Assembly (NCBI GenBank): GCA_017656145.1
Contig: JACDOI010000008.1
Span: forward strand, 7,389 to 71,388
Reading direction: 5' to 3'
DNA: 64,000 bases
From: Bacillota bacterium
Lineage (GTDB): Bacteria > Bacillota > Limnochordia > Limnochordales > ZCTH02-B6
Part shown: piece after piece, positions 54,628 to 63,148 of the stretch
Numbering within the stretch: position 1 is the stretch's first letter
Layout of the letters: each line of letters opens with the position of its first letter
Made by a program: the position numbers and the translations under genes
The notes under the pieces: generated by a model
What the model was told of the DNA's origin: nothing
The model's input: only the letters and a program-made list of their open reading frames with translations
The model's database searches: none

Positions 54628-56121
54628 TTACGCCCGGCTTTCGCCGTCTCTGTCCGGATCCGGGCCTGCGAGGAAGGCAAGAGCCCGGTGGGCGGCCTGT
54701 TGGCCCTGGCGGACGCAGTCGGGCAGTCCAAGGCCCCGGTAACCGGCCCCCGCGACAAACAATCCAGGGTGCTTGGCTAGCGTTTCCTCAAGCGCCTCGA
54801 CCCGTGCCAGGTGGCCCGCGGTGTACTGGGGCATAGCGTGCGGGAACCGGAACACCCGCGCCATGCGGGGTGGCGCGTCGATGCCCATGAGTTCTTTGAG
54901 CTCCCGGCGGACTGCGGCCACCACCTGCTCGTCGTCAAGCGACATCGCCTCTTCCTGACCGTCCCGCCCCAAGAAACACCGGAACAGCACCCAGCCCGGT
55001 GAAACAAGGTGGGGCCACTTGGACGACACCCACGTGCATGCGGTGATGGCCCGATCTTCCACCCGGGGGACGAGGAAACCGGTGCCGTCCAGCGGGTGGA
55101 CGAGTTCCTCCCGCCGAAACGCCAAGGCGCACGTCATGACAGACACATAGGGGATCGACTCGAGGTACTTGACGGCATCGGGTGCGGCGGAAGCCAAAAT
55201 CCGGGCGGTGACGAAGGCGGGGGTCGCCAGGATGACCGCGTCCGCCGCAAGGCGCGAACCGTCGGAGAGAGCGAGGACGTATCGCGGCCGTCTCCGGGCG
55301 CCCGCTCCGGCGATTTCGGGAGAAGAGGCGGACTCTTCAGGCCCGACCCTCCCCACCTGCTCGACTTTGACACCGGTCCGGACCTGGGCGCCGCGGAGCG
55401 CCGCGGCGGTGCGCTCCACCAGCGTTTCAAGGCCTGTGCGCAGCGTGAGGAACATAGGGCCTCCTGCGGGTCTCCGGGGTTGTGCCCGGAATGCGCGGAA
55501 CAGGCTGCCGTGGCGCCGCTCCATCTCTTTGAGCTGCGGCGCGACCGCCAGGAGGCTCAGCCGGTCCGCCCGGCCGGCGTAGATCCCGGTGAGCAGCGGC
55601 TCGGCCAGATAATCCAGCACTTCCCCGCCGGCCCGGCGGCGGACGAACCCGGCGATGGTCTCATCGTCTCCCCCGGCCGCGGGGACCAACGGCTCGAGCA
55701 ACAGGCGGGCCTTGCCCGCGGGCGACAGCAGCTTCGAACGGAAGACCGGTCCAAGGCGTGCAGGGAAAAATATCGAAAGCCCTTCCGGAACCGGATGCAA
55801 GACGCCGCGCCGGATAATGTACGTGCGCCGCCGGTGCGGGTCGGGGGTGACAAGCTCGTCCGCTAGTCCCAGGCTTTCGGCCAGCTCCCGGGCCCAGGGT
55901 TTGCGGGCAAGAAAGGAGTCGGGGCCGGCTTCGACGCGAAATTCGTCGGTTCGCTCGGTGGCCACCTTGCCGCCAAGGCGCGTGGCGGCCTCGACGACGG
56001 TGATCTCCACAGGCACGCGCCGTTGGCGCGCGAGCTCTTGCAGGTAGTAGGCCGCCGCCAAGCCGGTCATACCCCCGCCGGCCACGGCCACCCGCCAAGG
56101 GCCGCCGGCGGGGCTCGTCAC
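54628..56121 (-). CDS. hemY: Protoporphyrinogen/coproporphyrinogen III oxidase (HemY/CgoX)
   Basis: Starting from the GTG at 56121 (GTGA overlap with the hemH stop) it reads VTSPAGGPWRVAVAGGGMTGLAAAYYL (FAD motif), with the C-terminal GLFVAGAGYRGLGLPDC. The first 167 codons of the track ORF overlap hemH out of frame. Confidence 0.85.
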   Translation of the reverse strand: MTSPAGGPWRVAVAGGGMTGLAAAYYLQELARQRRVPVEITVVEAATRLGGKVATERTDEFRVEAGPDSFLARKPWARELAESLGLADELVTPDPHRRRTYIIRRGVLHPVPEGLSIFFPARLGPVFRSKLLSPAGKARLLLEPLVPAAGGDDETIAGFVRRRAGGEVLDYLAEPLLTGIYAGRADRLSLLAVAPQLKEMERRHGSLFRAFRAQPRRPAGGPMFLTLRTGLETLVERTAAALRGAQVRTGVKVEQVGRVGPEESASSPEIAGAGARRRPRYVLALSDGSRLAADAVILATPAFVTARILASAAPDAVKYLESIPYVSVMTCALAFRREELVHPLDGTGFLVPRVEDRAITACTWVSSKWPHLVSPGWVLFRCFLGRDGQEEAMSLDDEQVVAAVRRELKELMGIDAPPRMARVFRFPHAMPQYTAGHLARVEALEETLAKHPGLFVAGAGYRGLGLPDCVRQGQQAAHRALAFLAGPDPDRDGESRA

Positions 56122-57080
56122 CGGATCACGTCCTCGATCGCGCGCTCCCTCACCAGCTCGGCCAGAACGCCGATCAGGTCGTCGTCCGCATTGAACGATT
56201 CGGTCCGCACAAGCTCCATGCCGAGCCGCGCCGCGAGTTTTTGGGCTTCGATGTCGATGTCGTAGAGCACCTCCAGGTGATCGGCGACGAAACCGGCTGG
56301 GCATACGATGACGGCCCTGTCTCCCCCCTTGGCCAGCCCCTCCAGTACGTCCGGCAGTTCCGGCTCCAGCCACGCCACCGGGGTGTTGCCCGCGCTCTGC
56401 CATGCCACAGACCACCGACGCACGCCCGCTCGTTCCGATACACCCCGAGCCGTTTCCTCCATGTGGCGGGGGTAAGGATCGTTCCACTCGAGGATCCGGG
56501 CCGGCAAGCTGTGGGCGGTGAACACGACCGGCACGTCTTCCTGAAGGTCCTTCGGCAGCCGCTCCCGGGCGGCAACGACCCGCCGGGCCAGCGCGTCGAG
56601 AAATCGCGGCCGGTCGTGCCAATGCTCGACAAAGTCCAGTTCCATAGAAACACCGGCCCGCTTGATCGCTTCCCGGGCCGCGTGGATGTAGCCGCCGACG
56701 CTCATGCGGGAGTATTGGGCGGTGAGTGCGACTCCGATCCCCCGCCGAACGCCGTCGGCCGCCATCTGGGCCACCGCCTCGTCGATGAACGGGTGCCAGT
56801 GCTTCATGCCCACGTACACGCGGTACGGTCCGTCGTCGTTCCCACCGTTCAGGCGCCGCTTAAGCGCTTCGGCCTGCTGGCGGGTGACGGACAACAGGGG
56901 AGAACGGCCCCCGATGGCTTCGTAGCGGGCTTTGAGATCGGCAACCATCTCGGGGGACGGCCGCTTGTCCCGGATGTAGGTATAGTGTTCCCGGATATGG
57001 GTGAGATACGGCTCCACCTCGTCCGGGTGTTCCGGCGTGCCGTACGCCATGAGCAAAACGCCTACCAGCTCATCCGCCAT
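56118..57080 (-). CDS. hemH: Ferrochelatase (coproporphyrin ferrochelatase type)
   Basis: The ATG at 57080 follows GGGAGGA. The sequence has MADELVGVLLMAYGTPE..., FTAHSLP and GFVADHLEVLYDID. Confidence 0.88.
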   Translation of the reverse strand: MADELVGVLLMAYGTPEHPDEVEPYLTHIREHYTYIRDKRPSPEMVADLKARYEAIGGRSPLLSVTRQQAEALKRRLNGGNDDGPYRVYVGMKHWHPFIDEAVAQMAADGVRRGIGVALTAQYSRMSVGGYIHAAREAIKRAGVSMELDFVEHWHDRPRFLDALARRVVAARERLPKDLQEDVPVVFTAHSLPARILEWNDPYPRHMEETARGVSERAGVRRWSVAWQSAGNTPVAWLEPELPDVLEGLAKGGDRAVIVCPAGFVADHLEVLYDIDIEAQKLAARLGMELVRTESFNADDDLIGVLAELVRERAIEDVIR

Positions 57081-58113
57081 TGCCTTGTCCTCCCAACTCA
57101 TGAACCCACTCGACCACCTGCCGCAACATGCCGGGTGGGGTTGCCGGCAAAACACCGTGGCCGAGGTTGAAGATGTGACCCGGCCGTCCGTGGGCCTCAG
57201 CTAGCACAGCTTCCACCCGCCGGCGCACCACCGGGGCCGGGGCGAGCAACACGGCCGGATCCAGGTTTCCCTGCACCGCGACCCCGTCCCCGATCCTTTG
57301 CCACGCTTCGGCGAGGCCGACGCGCCAGTCCACCCCGATAACCTCACCCCCGGCTTCCCGCATGAGCGGCAACAACCCCAGGGTGGTCACGCCGAACTGG
57401 ATGCGGGGCACTCCTAAGCCGGAGGTTTCAGCAAACAGCCGCTGCATGTGCGGAAGCACAAACTCCCGGTAGTCCCCAGGCGAAAGGCTTCCAACCCAGC
57501 TGTCGAACACTTGCACCGCCTGCGCGCCCGCTTCCACCTGGGCTTTGAGATACAGGATGACCGAGTCGGTCAGGCGCCTTAGCAGTTCGTGCCAGGCTCC
57601 GGGCTGGTGATACATGAATCCCTTGGTGTGCAGGAAGTCGCGGGTAGGCCTGCCTTCGATCAAGTAGCTGGCGAGCGTAAACGGACCGCCGGCAAACCCG
57701 ATGAGGGGCACCCGGAGCTCCCGGCGCAAAATGCGGATCGTCTCCAGCACGTAGGGCAGGTCGACCTCAGGTTCCAGAGGCTCAAGCCGGGCAACATCTT
57801 CCGGCGTTCGCACCGGCCGTTCGACGACGGGGCCTACGTTTTCCTTGAGCTCGTAGCGGGCTCCCATGGGACCTAACGGAACCATGATGTCGGAGAAGAG
57901 AATGGCCGCATCGACACCTAACTGCTCTACAGGCAAGAGGGTGACCTGCGCGCACAAGTCGGGCTGACGGCAAATGTCCAGCAGGCTGTACCTCTCCCGC
58001 AGAGCCCGGTACTCGGGCTGGTACCGGCCGGCCTGGCGCATGAACCAAACCGGCGTTCTGTCCACCGGCTCCCGGCGGCACGCGCGCAGGAAGCGATCGT
58101 TCCACGGCGGCAT
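57070..58113 (-). CDS. hemE: Uroporphyrinogen decarboxylase
   Basis: The ATG at 58113 lies 7 nt after GGGAGG. The sequence has MPPWNDRFLRACRREPVDRTPVWFMRQAGRYQPEYR and the C-terminal GHIFNLGHG. Confidence 0.9.
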   Translation of the reverse strand: MPPWNDRFLRACRREPVDRTPVWFMRQAGRYQPEYRALRERYSLLDICRQPDLCAQVTLLPVEQLGVDAAILFSDIMVPLGPMGARYELKENVGPVVERPVRTPEDVARLEPLEPEVDLPYVLETIRILRRELRVPLIGFAGGPFTLASYLIEGRPTRDFLHTKGFMYHQPGAWHELLRRLTDSVILYLKAQVEAGAQAVQVFDSWVGSLSPGDYREFVLPHMQRLFAETSGLGVPRIQFGVTTLGLLPLMREAGGEVIGVDWRVGLAEAWQRIGDGVAVQGNLDPAVLLAPAPVVRRRVEAVLAEAHGRPGHIFNLGHGVLPATPPGMLRQVVEWVHELGGQGNGG

Positions 58114-58170
58114 GGGCAGGCCTCCCACAGCGGCATTCGTGACTACCATACCCGCCCTCGCGCGCAAGCG

Positions 58171-58190
58171 AAAGGGACGTTTGTCCCTTT
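58171..58190 (-). terminator. Hairpin AAAGGGAC-AAAC-GUCCCUUU after acs; weak intrinsic terminator
   Basis: A perfect 8-bp stem lies about 50 nt after the acs stop. The only U-run is the UUU inside the 3' arm, followed by CGCUU. Confidence 0.4.
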
Positions 58191-58241
58191 TCCGGGCTTG
58201 CATCCTTGGCCCGGGCTCGCCCTCAGCTAGGCGACAGAAAA

Positions 58242-60170
58242 CTACTCTTCCAAAGTGGAGACGTCGCCCACCGGCAAGCCCAACTCCTGGGCCTTCAACA
58301 GCCGCCGCATGATCTTACCGCTTCGGGTCTTCGGAAGGCTATCCACCACCTGGATCTCGTCAGGCACCGCAATGGGGCCCATCGTTTCGCGGATGAACGC
58401 GCGCAAATCCCCGATGAGCTGCTCGCTCTCGGCGTAGCCCTTTCGCAGGATGACGAAGGCCTTGACGGCTTCCCCTTTGAGCGGGTGGGGCTTGCCGATG
58501 ACGGCCGCCTCCGCCACGGCCGGATGGCCCACGAGGGCGCTCTCGATCTCCATGCTGCCCAGCCGGTACCCTGAGACGTTGATGACATCGTCGACCCGGC
58601 CTTGAATCCAGAAGTACCCGTCGTCATCCACGTGGGCGGCGTCGCCCGCGAAGTACACACCCGGGATGGTGTTCCAGTACGCTTCGTAGCGCTGGGGATC
58701 CCGGAAAATAGTCCGCATCATCGACGGCCACGGCTGCCGGATGACCAAATACCCACCCTGGTTGCGGGCTACCGGTTTGCCGCTCCGGTCCACCACGTCG
58801 GCCTCGATCCCCAAAAACGGGCGGGTAGCCGAGCCCGGCTTGAGCGGGGTGATGGGCGTAGGTGAGATGAGAATGGAACCGGTCTCCGTCTGCCACCACG
58901 TGTCCATGATGGGCACCTGTCCCCGGCCGATCTTTTCCCGGTACCAGATCCACGCCTCCGGATTGATGGGCTCCCCCACGGTCCCCAAAAGCCTCAGGCT
59001 CGACAGATCGTATTTAGCCGGCCACTCGTCGCCGTGGCGCATCAGACCCCGGATGGCCGTGGGCGCAGTGTAAAAGATGGTCACACCGTAGCGGGCCACA
59101 ATGGACCAAAACCGCCCCGGGTCGGGATACGTCGGCGCGCCCTCGTAAAACACGCCGGTCGCGCCGTTGAGGAGCGGCCCGTAGACGATGTAGCTGTGGC
59201 CCGTGATCCACCCGGGGTCGGCCGTGCACCAGAAGACGTCCTCCGGCTGAATGTCAAAGATGAACCGGGTGGTGGTATATGTCCCCACCATGTACCCGCC
59301 GTGGGTGTGCACGACGCCCTTCGGCTTGCCCGTAGTTCCGGACGTGTACAGGGTGAACAGCATATCCTCCGCGTCCACCGGTTCGACGGGATGGAAATCC
59401 TCGCCGCGCGCGAGCAAGTCCGTCCACTCGACATCCCGGCCTTCGTGCCACGGGATGTCGTTGCCGGCCCGCCGCACGACGATGACGTGCTCCACGGTGG
59501 AGTTGCCCTCGAGGGCTTGATCCACCACCGCTTTGCGCTCCACCAGCTTTCCCTGGTAGTAGTAGCCGTCGCAGGCGATGACCGCTCGGGCCTGGGCGTC
59601 CTCCACCCGGTCCCGCAGCGCCTGGGCGCTGAAAGCGGAGTACACTACCGAATGGACGGCCCCAAGGCGCGCGACGGCCAGCATGGCCACGATCTGTTCC
59701 GGTATCCGGGGCAAGTAGATGATCACCCGATCACCCTTGCGGATGCCCAAGCGGGCAAGCCCGCTCGCGGCCCGGTTGACCTCCCGGTAGAGATCTCGGT
59801 AGGATATGGTGCGCCGGCTGCCGTCCTCGCCTTCCCAATAGAAGGCGACCTTGTTGCGCAGCGCCGTGGTCATGTGTCGGTCCAGCGCGTTTTGCACGAT
59901 GTTGCACTGCGCCCCTACGAACCACTTGACATACGGCGGCTCCCATTGGCGGATCCGTTCCCACGGTTTGAACCACTGAAGTTCGCGGGCCATCTCGCTC
60001 CAAAACTCTTCGGGATGCGCGACGGACCAACGGTACAGCTCATCCCATGTGGAGAAGCCCTTGTGGCGCATGTACGCCGCGATGTTGGTCTTCTGCGAGA
60101 CGGCCGCGTCCGGCGGATACGTCCGGGTCTCCTGGAGAAGGCGGTCGGTGTGCTCAAACTCAAGCGCCAT
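58242..60170 (-). CDS. acs: Acetyl-CoA synthetase (AMP-forming acetate--CoA ligase)
   Basis: 642 aa with YTSGTTGKPKGVVHTHGGY, WWQTETG, the AMP-binding core, and C-terminal PKTRSGKIMRR with the acetylatable Lys context. Confidence 0.92.
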   Translation of the reverse strand: MALEFEHTDRLLQETRTYPPDAAVSQKTNIAAYMRHKGFSTWDELYRWSVAHPEEFWSEMARELQWFKPWERIRQWEPPYVKWFVGAQCNIVQNALDRHMTTALRNKVAFYWEGEDGSRRTISYRDLYREVNRAASGLARLGIRKGDRVIIYLPRIPEQIVAMLAVARLGAVHSVVYSAFSAQALRDRVEDAQARAVIACDGYYYQGKLVERKAVVDQALEGNSTVEHVIVVRRAGNDIPWHEGRDVEWTDLLARGEDFHPVEPVDAEDMLFTLYTSGTTGKPKGVVHTHGGYMVGTYTTTRFIFDIQPEDVFWCTADPGWITGHSYIVYGPLLNGATGVFYEGAPTYPDPGRFWSIVARYGVTIFYTAPTAIRGLMRHGDEWPAKYDLSSLRLLGTVGEPINPEAWIWYREKIGRGQVPIMDTWWQTETGSILISPTPITPLKPGSATRPFLGIEADVVDRSGKPVARNQGGYLVIRQPWPSMMRTIFRDPQRYEAYWNTIPGVYFAGDAAHVDDDGYFWIQGRVDDVINVSGYRLGSMEIESALVGHPAVAEAAVIGKPHPLKGEAVKAFVILRKGYAESEQLIGDLRAFIRETMGPIAVPDEIQVVDSLPKTRSGKIMRRLLKAQELGLPVGDVSTLEE

Positions 60171-60225
60171 GGGAGTCCCTCCTCATGAACCGGCATTTGG
60201 GAGAACGCCTGCCGCCTGACGGCGG

Positions 60226-61500
60226 TCAGCGCAGCAAGCCCGGCAACCACAACGTGATGGCAGGCACGTACGCCACCAAAAGAAGCACCACCACCGCCGC
60301 GCCGATAAAGGGCAGAACAGCCCGGGCCACCGTCTCCAGGCGCAGCCGGCTGATGGAGGAAACGATGAACAGGCACGAGCCGACCGGCGGCGTCACCATC
60401 CCGATGACAAGACCAAGGACCAAAAGCACGCCAAACTGGATGAGATCTAGCCCCAACCGGTTCGCCAAGGGCAACAGCACCGGGGTCAAGATGACCAGCG
60501 CCCCGGCCGGCTCAAGCAACGTTCCCACAGCGAGCAACAGCGCCAAAAGGAAAAGGATGAGCAACCACGCTTGGTCGGTCAGGGAAAACAGGCCGTTGGC
60601 GAGCAGCTGCGGGATCTGCTGGCTGGCCAGCACGAAGGCGACGCTTTGGCTGAACGCGATCACCAGCATGACGACGCCGGTGGCCATGCCCGCCGACACC
60701 AGCGCCTTGGCGATATGATTCCAGGTGAAGGCGCGGTAGATGAACGCGCCGACGACGAACGCGACCAGCACACCAACGGCGGCCGCTTCCGTCGGGGTGA
60801 ACACGCCCCCGAGGATGCCGCCCAGGATGATGATGGGCAAAACCAAGCCGAAGCTGGCGTCTTTTGCGCTTTCCCACAGTTCCCGCGCGGACGCGCGGGG
60901 TTCACCCCGAATACCCTCTCGCCGGCACATCCACCATGACACGATCATCATGGTCAGACCCATCAGGATGCCGGGGACGATGCCCGCAACAAACAGGGTG
61001 GAGATCGAAGTCCCGGCGATGACCCCGTAAAGAATCATGGGGATGCTGGGAGGAATGATAGGGCCGATCAAGGATGACCCCGCGGTCACCGCGGCGCTGA
61101 AAGGCGCCGTGTACCCGCCCCGGACCATGGCCGGGATCAAGATCGACCCGAGGGCCGAGGCGTCGGCAGCCGCGGATCCGCTGATGCCCGCGAAAAATCC
61201 GCTGCTGAGAATGTTCACGTGAGCCAGACCTCCGGTGATGTGGCCGACGAGGGCCTTCGAAAACCGGATCAGGCGCTGGCTGATGCCGCCGGCGTTCATC
61301 AACTCCCCGACCAGCATAAACAATGGGATGGCCATCATGGGAAAAGAGTCGGTCGCGGTGAACATGCGCTGCGGGATCAGCGCCAGCGGCAGAAAGCCGT
61401 CCATCAAGAAAAAGAGGAGCGAGATGAGGCCCAGGACGAAGGGGATGGGAATCCCCGCAGCCAACAGCACGACGAAGGCCGAAACGATGATCCATGTCAT
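60226..61500 (-). CDS. dctM: TRAP transporter large permease subunit (DctM family)
   Basis: The ATG at 61500 forms an ATGA overlap with the dctQ stop. The product is about 424 aa, starts MTWIIVSAFVVLLAAGIPIPFVLG... and is highly hydrophobic. The first 134 codons of the track ORF overlap dctQ out of frame. Confidence 0.85.
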   Translation of the reverse strand: MTWIIVSAFVVLLAAGIPIPFVLGLISLLFFLMDGFLPLALIPQRMFTATDSFPMMAIPLFMLVGELMNAGGISQRLIRFSKALVGHITGGLAHVNILSSGFFAGISGSAAADASALGSILIPAMVRGGYTAPFSAAVTAGSSLIGPIIPPSIPMILYGVIAGTSISTLFVAGIVPGILMGLTMMIVSWWMCRREGIRGEPRASARELWESAKDASFGLVLPIIILGGILGGVFTPTEAAAVGVLVAFVVGAFIYRAFTWNHIAKALVSAGMATGVVMLVIAFSQSVAFVLASQQIPQLLANGLFSLTDQAWLLILFLLALLLAVGTLLEPAGALVILTPVLLPLANRLGLDLIQFGVLLVLGLVIGMVTPPVGSCLFIVSSISRLRLETVARAVLPFIGAAVVVLLLVAYVPAITLWLPGLLR

Positions 61501-62090
61501 GAGCCCAATCGCTCCTCTTGCGGCAGCGGCTCCGTCTTGGCCGCCGGTTCCGCTGACCAGCCCAGGAGCGCGACCATGGCCTGCAGCAGAAAGCGAACTA
61601 CGTGGACGGCCATCACCGCGGCGCCGACCCAAACCGCCGCATAGGGATAGGTCATCGGGATGCCCATGGCCGGAGACCGCTGCCACGCGTTCATCCGGCC
61701 AAGCTCGTACCCTTCCCGGATCACGACGATCAGCAGGGCCAATACGAGCAACTGGGCGAGCACCTTTACCGCGGCCCTCGCCCTGGGCGGCAACCGGTCG
61801 ACGACCAGGGTGAGGCCGGGGTGGAAATGCTGCCGCAGGGCAATGCCGGCCCCGAGCATGGAGACCCAGACAAAGAGGTAGCGGCTGAGCTCCTCCGACC
61901 ATGACAAGGAGTTCTGCAGGACAAACCGGAAGAATACCTGCGCAATAAGGACGATGCTCATGACCGCCACCAGGACGGCCACCAGCGCGCGGGCAACCCG
62001 ATCCAGGGCGTCACTCACCCGCTCAGCCCACTCCAGGGCACTCACCGCTCTCCCCCCACGATCCCCCGGTAAATCGTCACTGCCCGGCAT
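61497..62090 (-). CDS. dctQ: TRAP transporter small permease subunit (DctQ family)
   Basis: It has four hydrophobic segments and lies between dctP and dctM. The start is the ATG at 62090 or the GTG at 62045 (after GGGGGGAGAG). Confidence 0.75.
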   Translation of the reverse strand: MPGSDDLPGDRGGRAVSALEWAERVSDALDRVARALVAVLVAVMSIVLIAQVFFRFVLQNSLSWSEELSRYLFVWVSMLGAGIALRQHFHPGLTLVVDRLPPRARAAVKVLAQLLVLALLIVVIREGYELGRMNAWQRSPAMGIPMTYPYAAVWVGAAVMAVHVVRFLLQAMVALLGWSAEPAAKTEPLPQEERLGS

Positions 62091-63078
62091 CGATCACCGC
62101 CTGGATCAAGTCAGCCCCCAGCTGGTCGCGGAACCGATCGTAAACAGGGGTCATCGTTTCCTGGAACGCCCGCTTATCCGGAGTGGTAACATTCATCCCC
62201 AGGCGCACGAGCTCATCCAACTGCTCCTGTTCCATGCGGCGGGCCACCTCCCGCTCGTACCGGGAGACCTCCCGGGCCACGTCGACCAGAGCCTGCTGCA
62301 GGTCCTCCGGCATGGACCTGAACCGGGCCTCGTTCATGATGATGATGGCCGGAGCGTAAAAGTGGCCGGTCATCGCCAGGTGCTGGTTGACCTCGTAGAT
62401 GCGGTGCGAAAGCAGAACGGGAACGGGGTTTTCCTGCCCGTCAATGACGCCTTGCTGCAAGGCGGTGTACACCTCGCCCCAGGACATGGGGGTTGCACTA
62501 GCGTCCATCGTTTCAAACGAAGCGACGTGGATCGGATTTTCCTGCACCCGGATCTTGAGACCGCGGACATCCGCCGGCGAGTGGATCGGGCGGCGGCTGT
62601 TGGTCAGGTGCCGGAACCCTTGCTCCCACAACGCCAGAGGCTTGATCCCAATTCGGGCATCTTCAATCATCTGCAGCAACCGCTGCCCGACGGGACCATC
62701 CAATACCGCGTCCACATGGTCGTAGTCCCGGAAGATAAACGGCAAGTCCATCACGGCCAGGCGCGGCACCCAGTTGGCCAGCACCGCGGTACCGGTGATG
62801 ACGATGTCGATGGCGCCCAGCTGCAAAGCCTCTACCTGCTCCCGCTCGCCGGCCCCCAGCTGGCCGTCGGAGAACACCGTAACCTGAATGCGGCCGCCGG
62901 TCCGCTCCTCGATCAAACGTTCAAACTCCAGTGCTCCGTAGTGGTATGGGTGCTCCTGTGCCACTACGTGGCTGACCCGCAGGTTGTACGTTTGGGCCGT
63001 CGCTGTCGTGGTGCCCAGAAGCAGCATCGTCGCCAGCGCCAATGCGATCATCGACGACATTCCCGGCTTTCGCTTCAT
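62077..63078 (-). CDS. dctP: TRAP transporter substrate-binding protein (DctP family)
   Basis: The ATG at 63078 lies 8 nt after GGAGGAGG. It has a signal peptide (MKRKPGMSSMIALALATMLLLGTTTATAQ) and DctP-like core motifs. Confidence 0.85.
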   Translation of the reverse strand: MKRKPGMSSMIALALATMLLLGTTTATAQTYNLRVSHVVAQEHPYHYGALEFERLIEERTGGRIQVTVFSDGQLGAGEREQVEALQLGAIDIVITGTAVLANWVPRLAVMDLPFIFRDYDHVDAVLDGPVGQRLLQMIEDARIGIKPLALWEQGFRHLTNSRRPIHSPADVRGLKIRVQENPIHVASFETMDASATPMSWGEVYTALQQGVIDGQENPVPVLLSHRIYEVNQHLAMTGHFYAPAIIIMNEARFRSMPEDLQQALVDVAREVSRYEREVARRMEQEQLDELVRLGMNVTTPDKRAFQETMTPVYDRFRDQLGADLIQAVIDAGQ

Positions 63079-63148
63079 CCGGTTCGCCTCCTCCGATTTG
63101 CTCGTCTCCGGTCCCGCGGTCAACCTCGCGGTTTGCTGCTTTCGGAGT

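Noticed and set aside
54628-56622. N-terminally extended ORF-track versions of real genes: hemY 664 aa, disA 566 aa, cysE 323 aa, dctM 558 aa, rlmB 305 aa, lactonase 509 aa, ribE 254 aa
   Set aside because: The extensions overlap the upstream gene or a leader RNA in another frame and have shadow-ORF composition. Internal starts with good SD motifs reproduce the canonical N-termini of each family.
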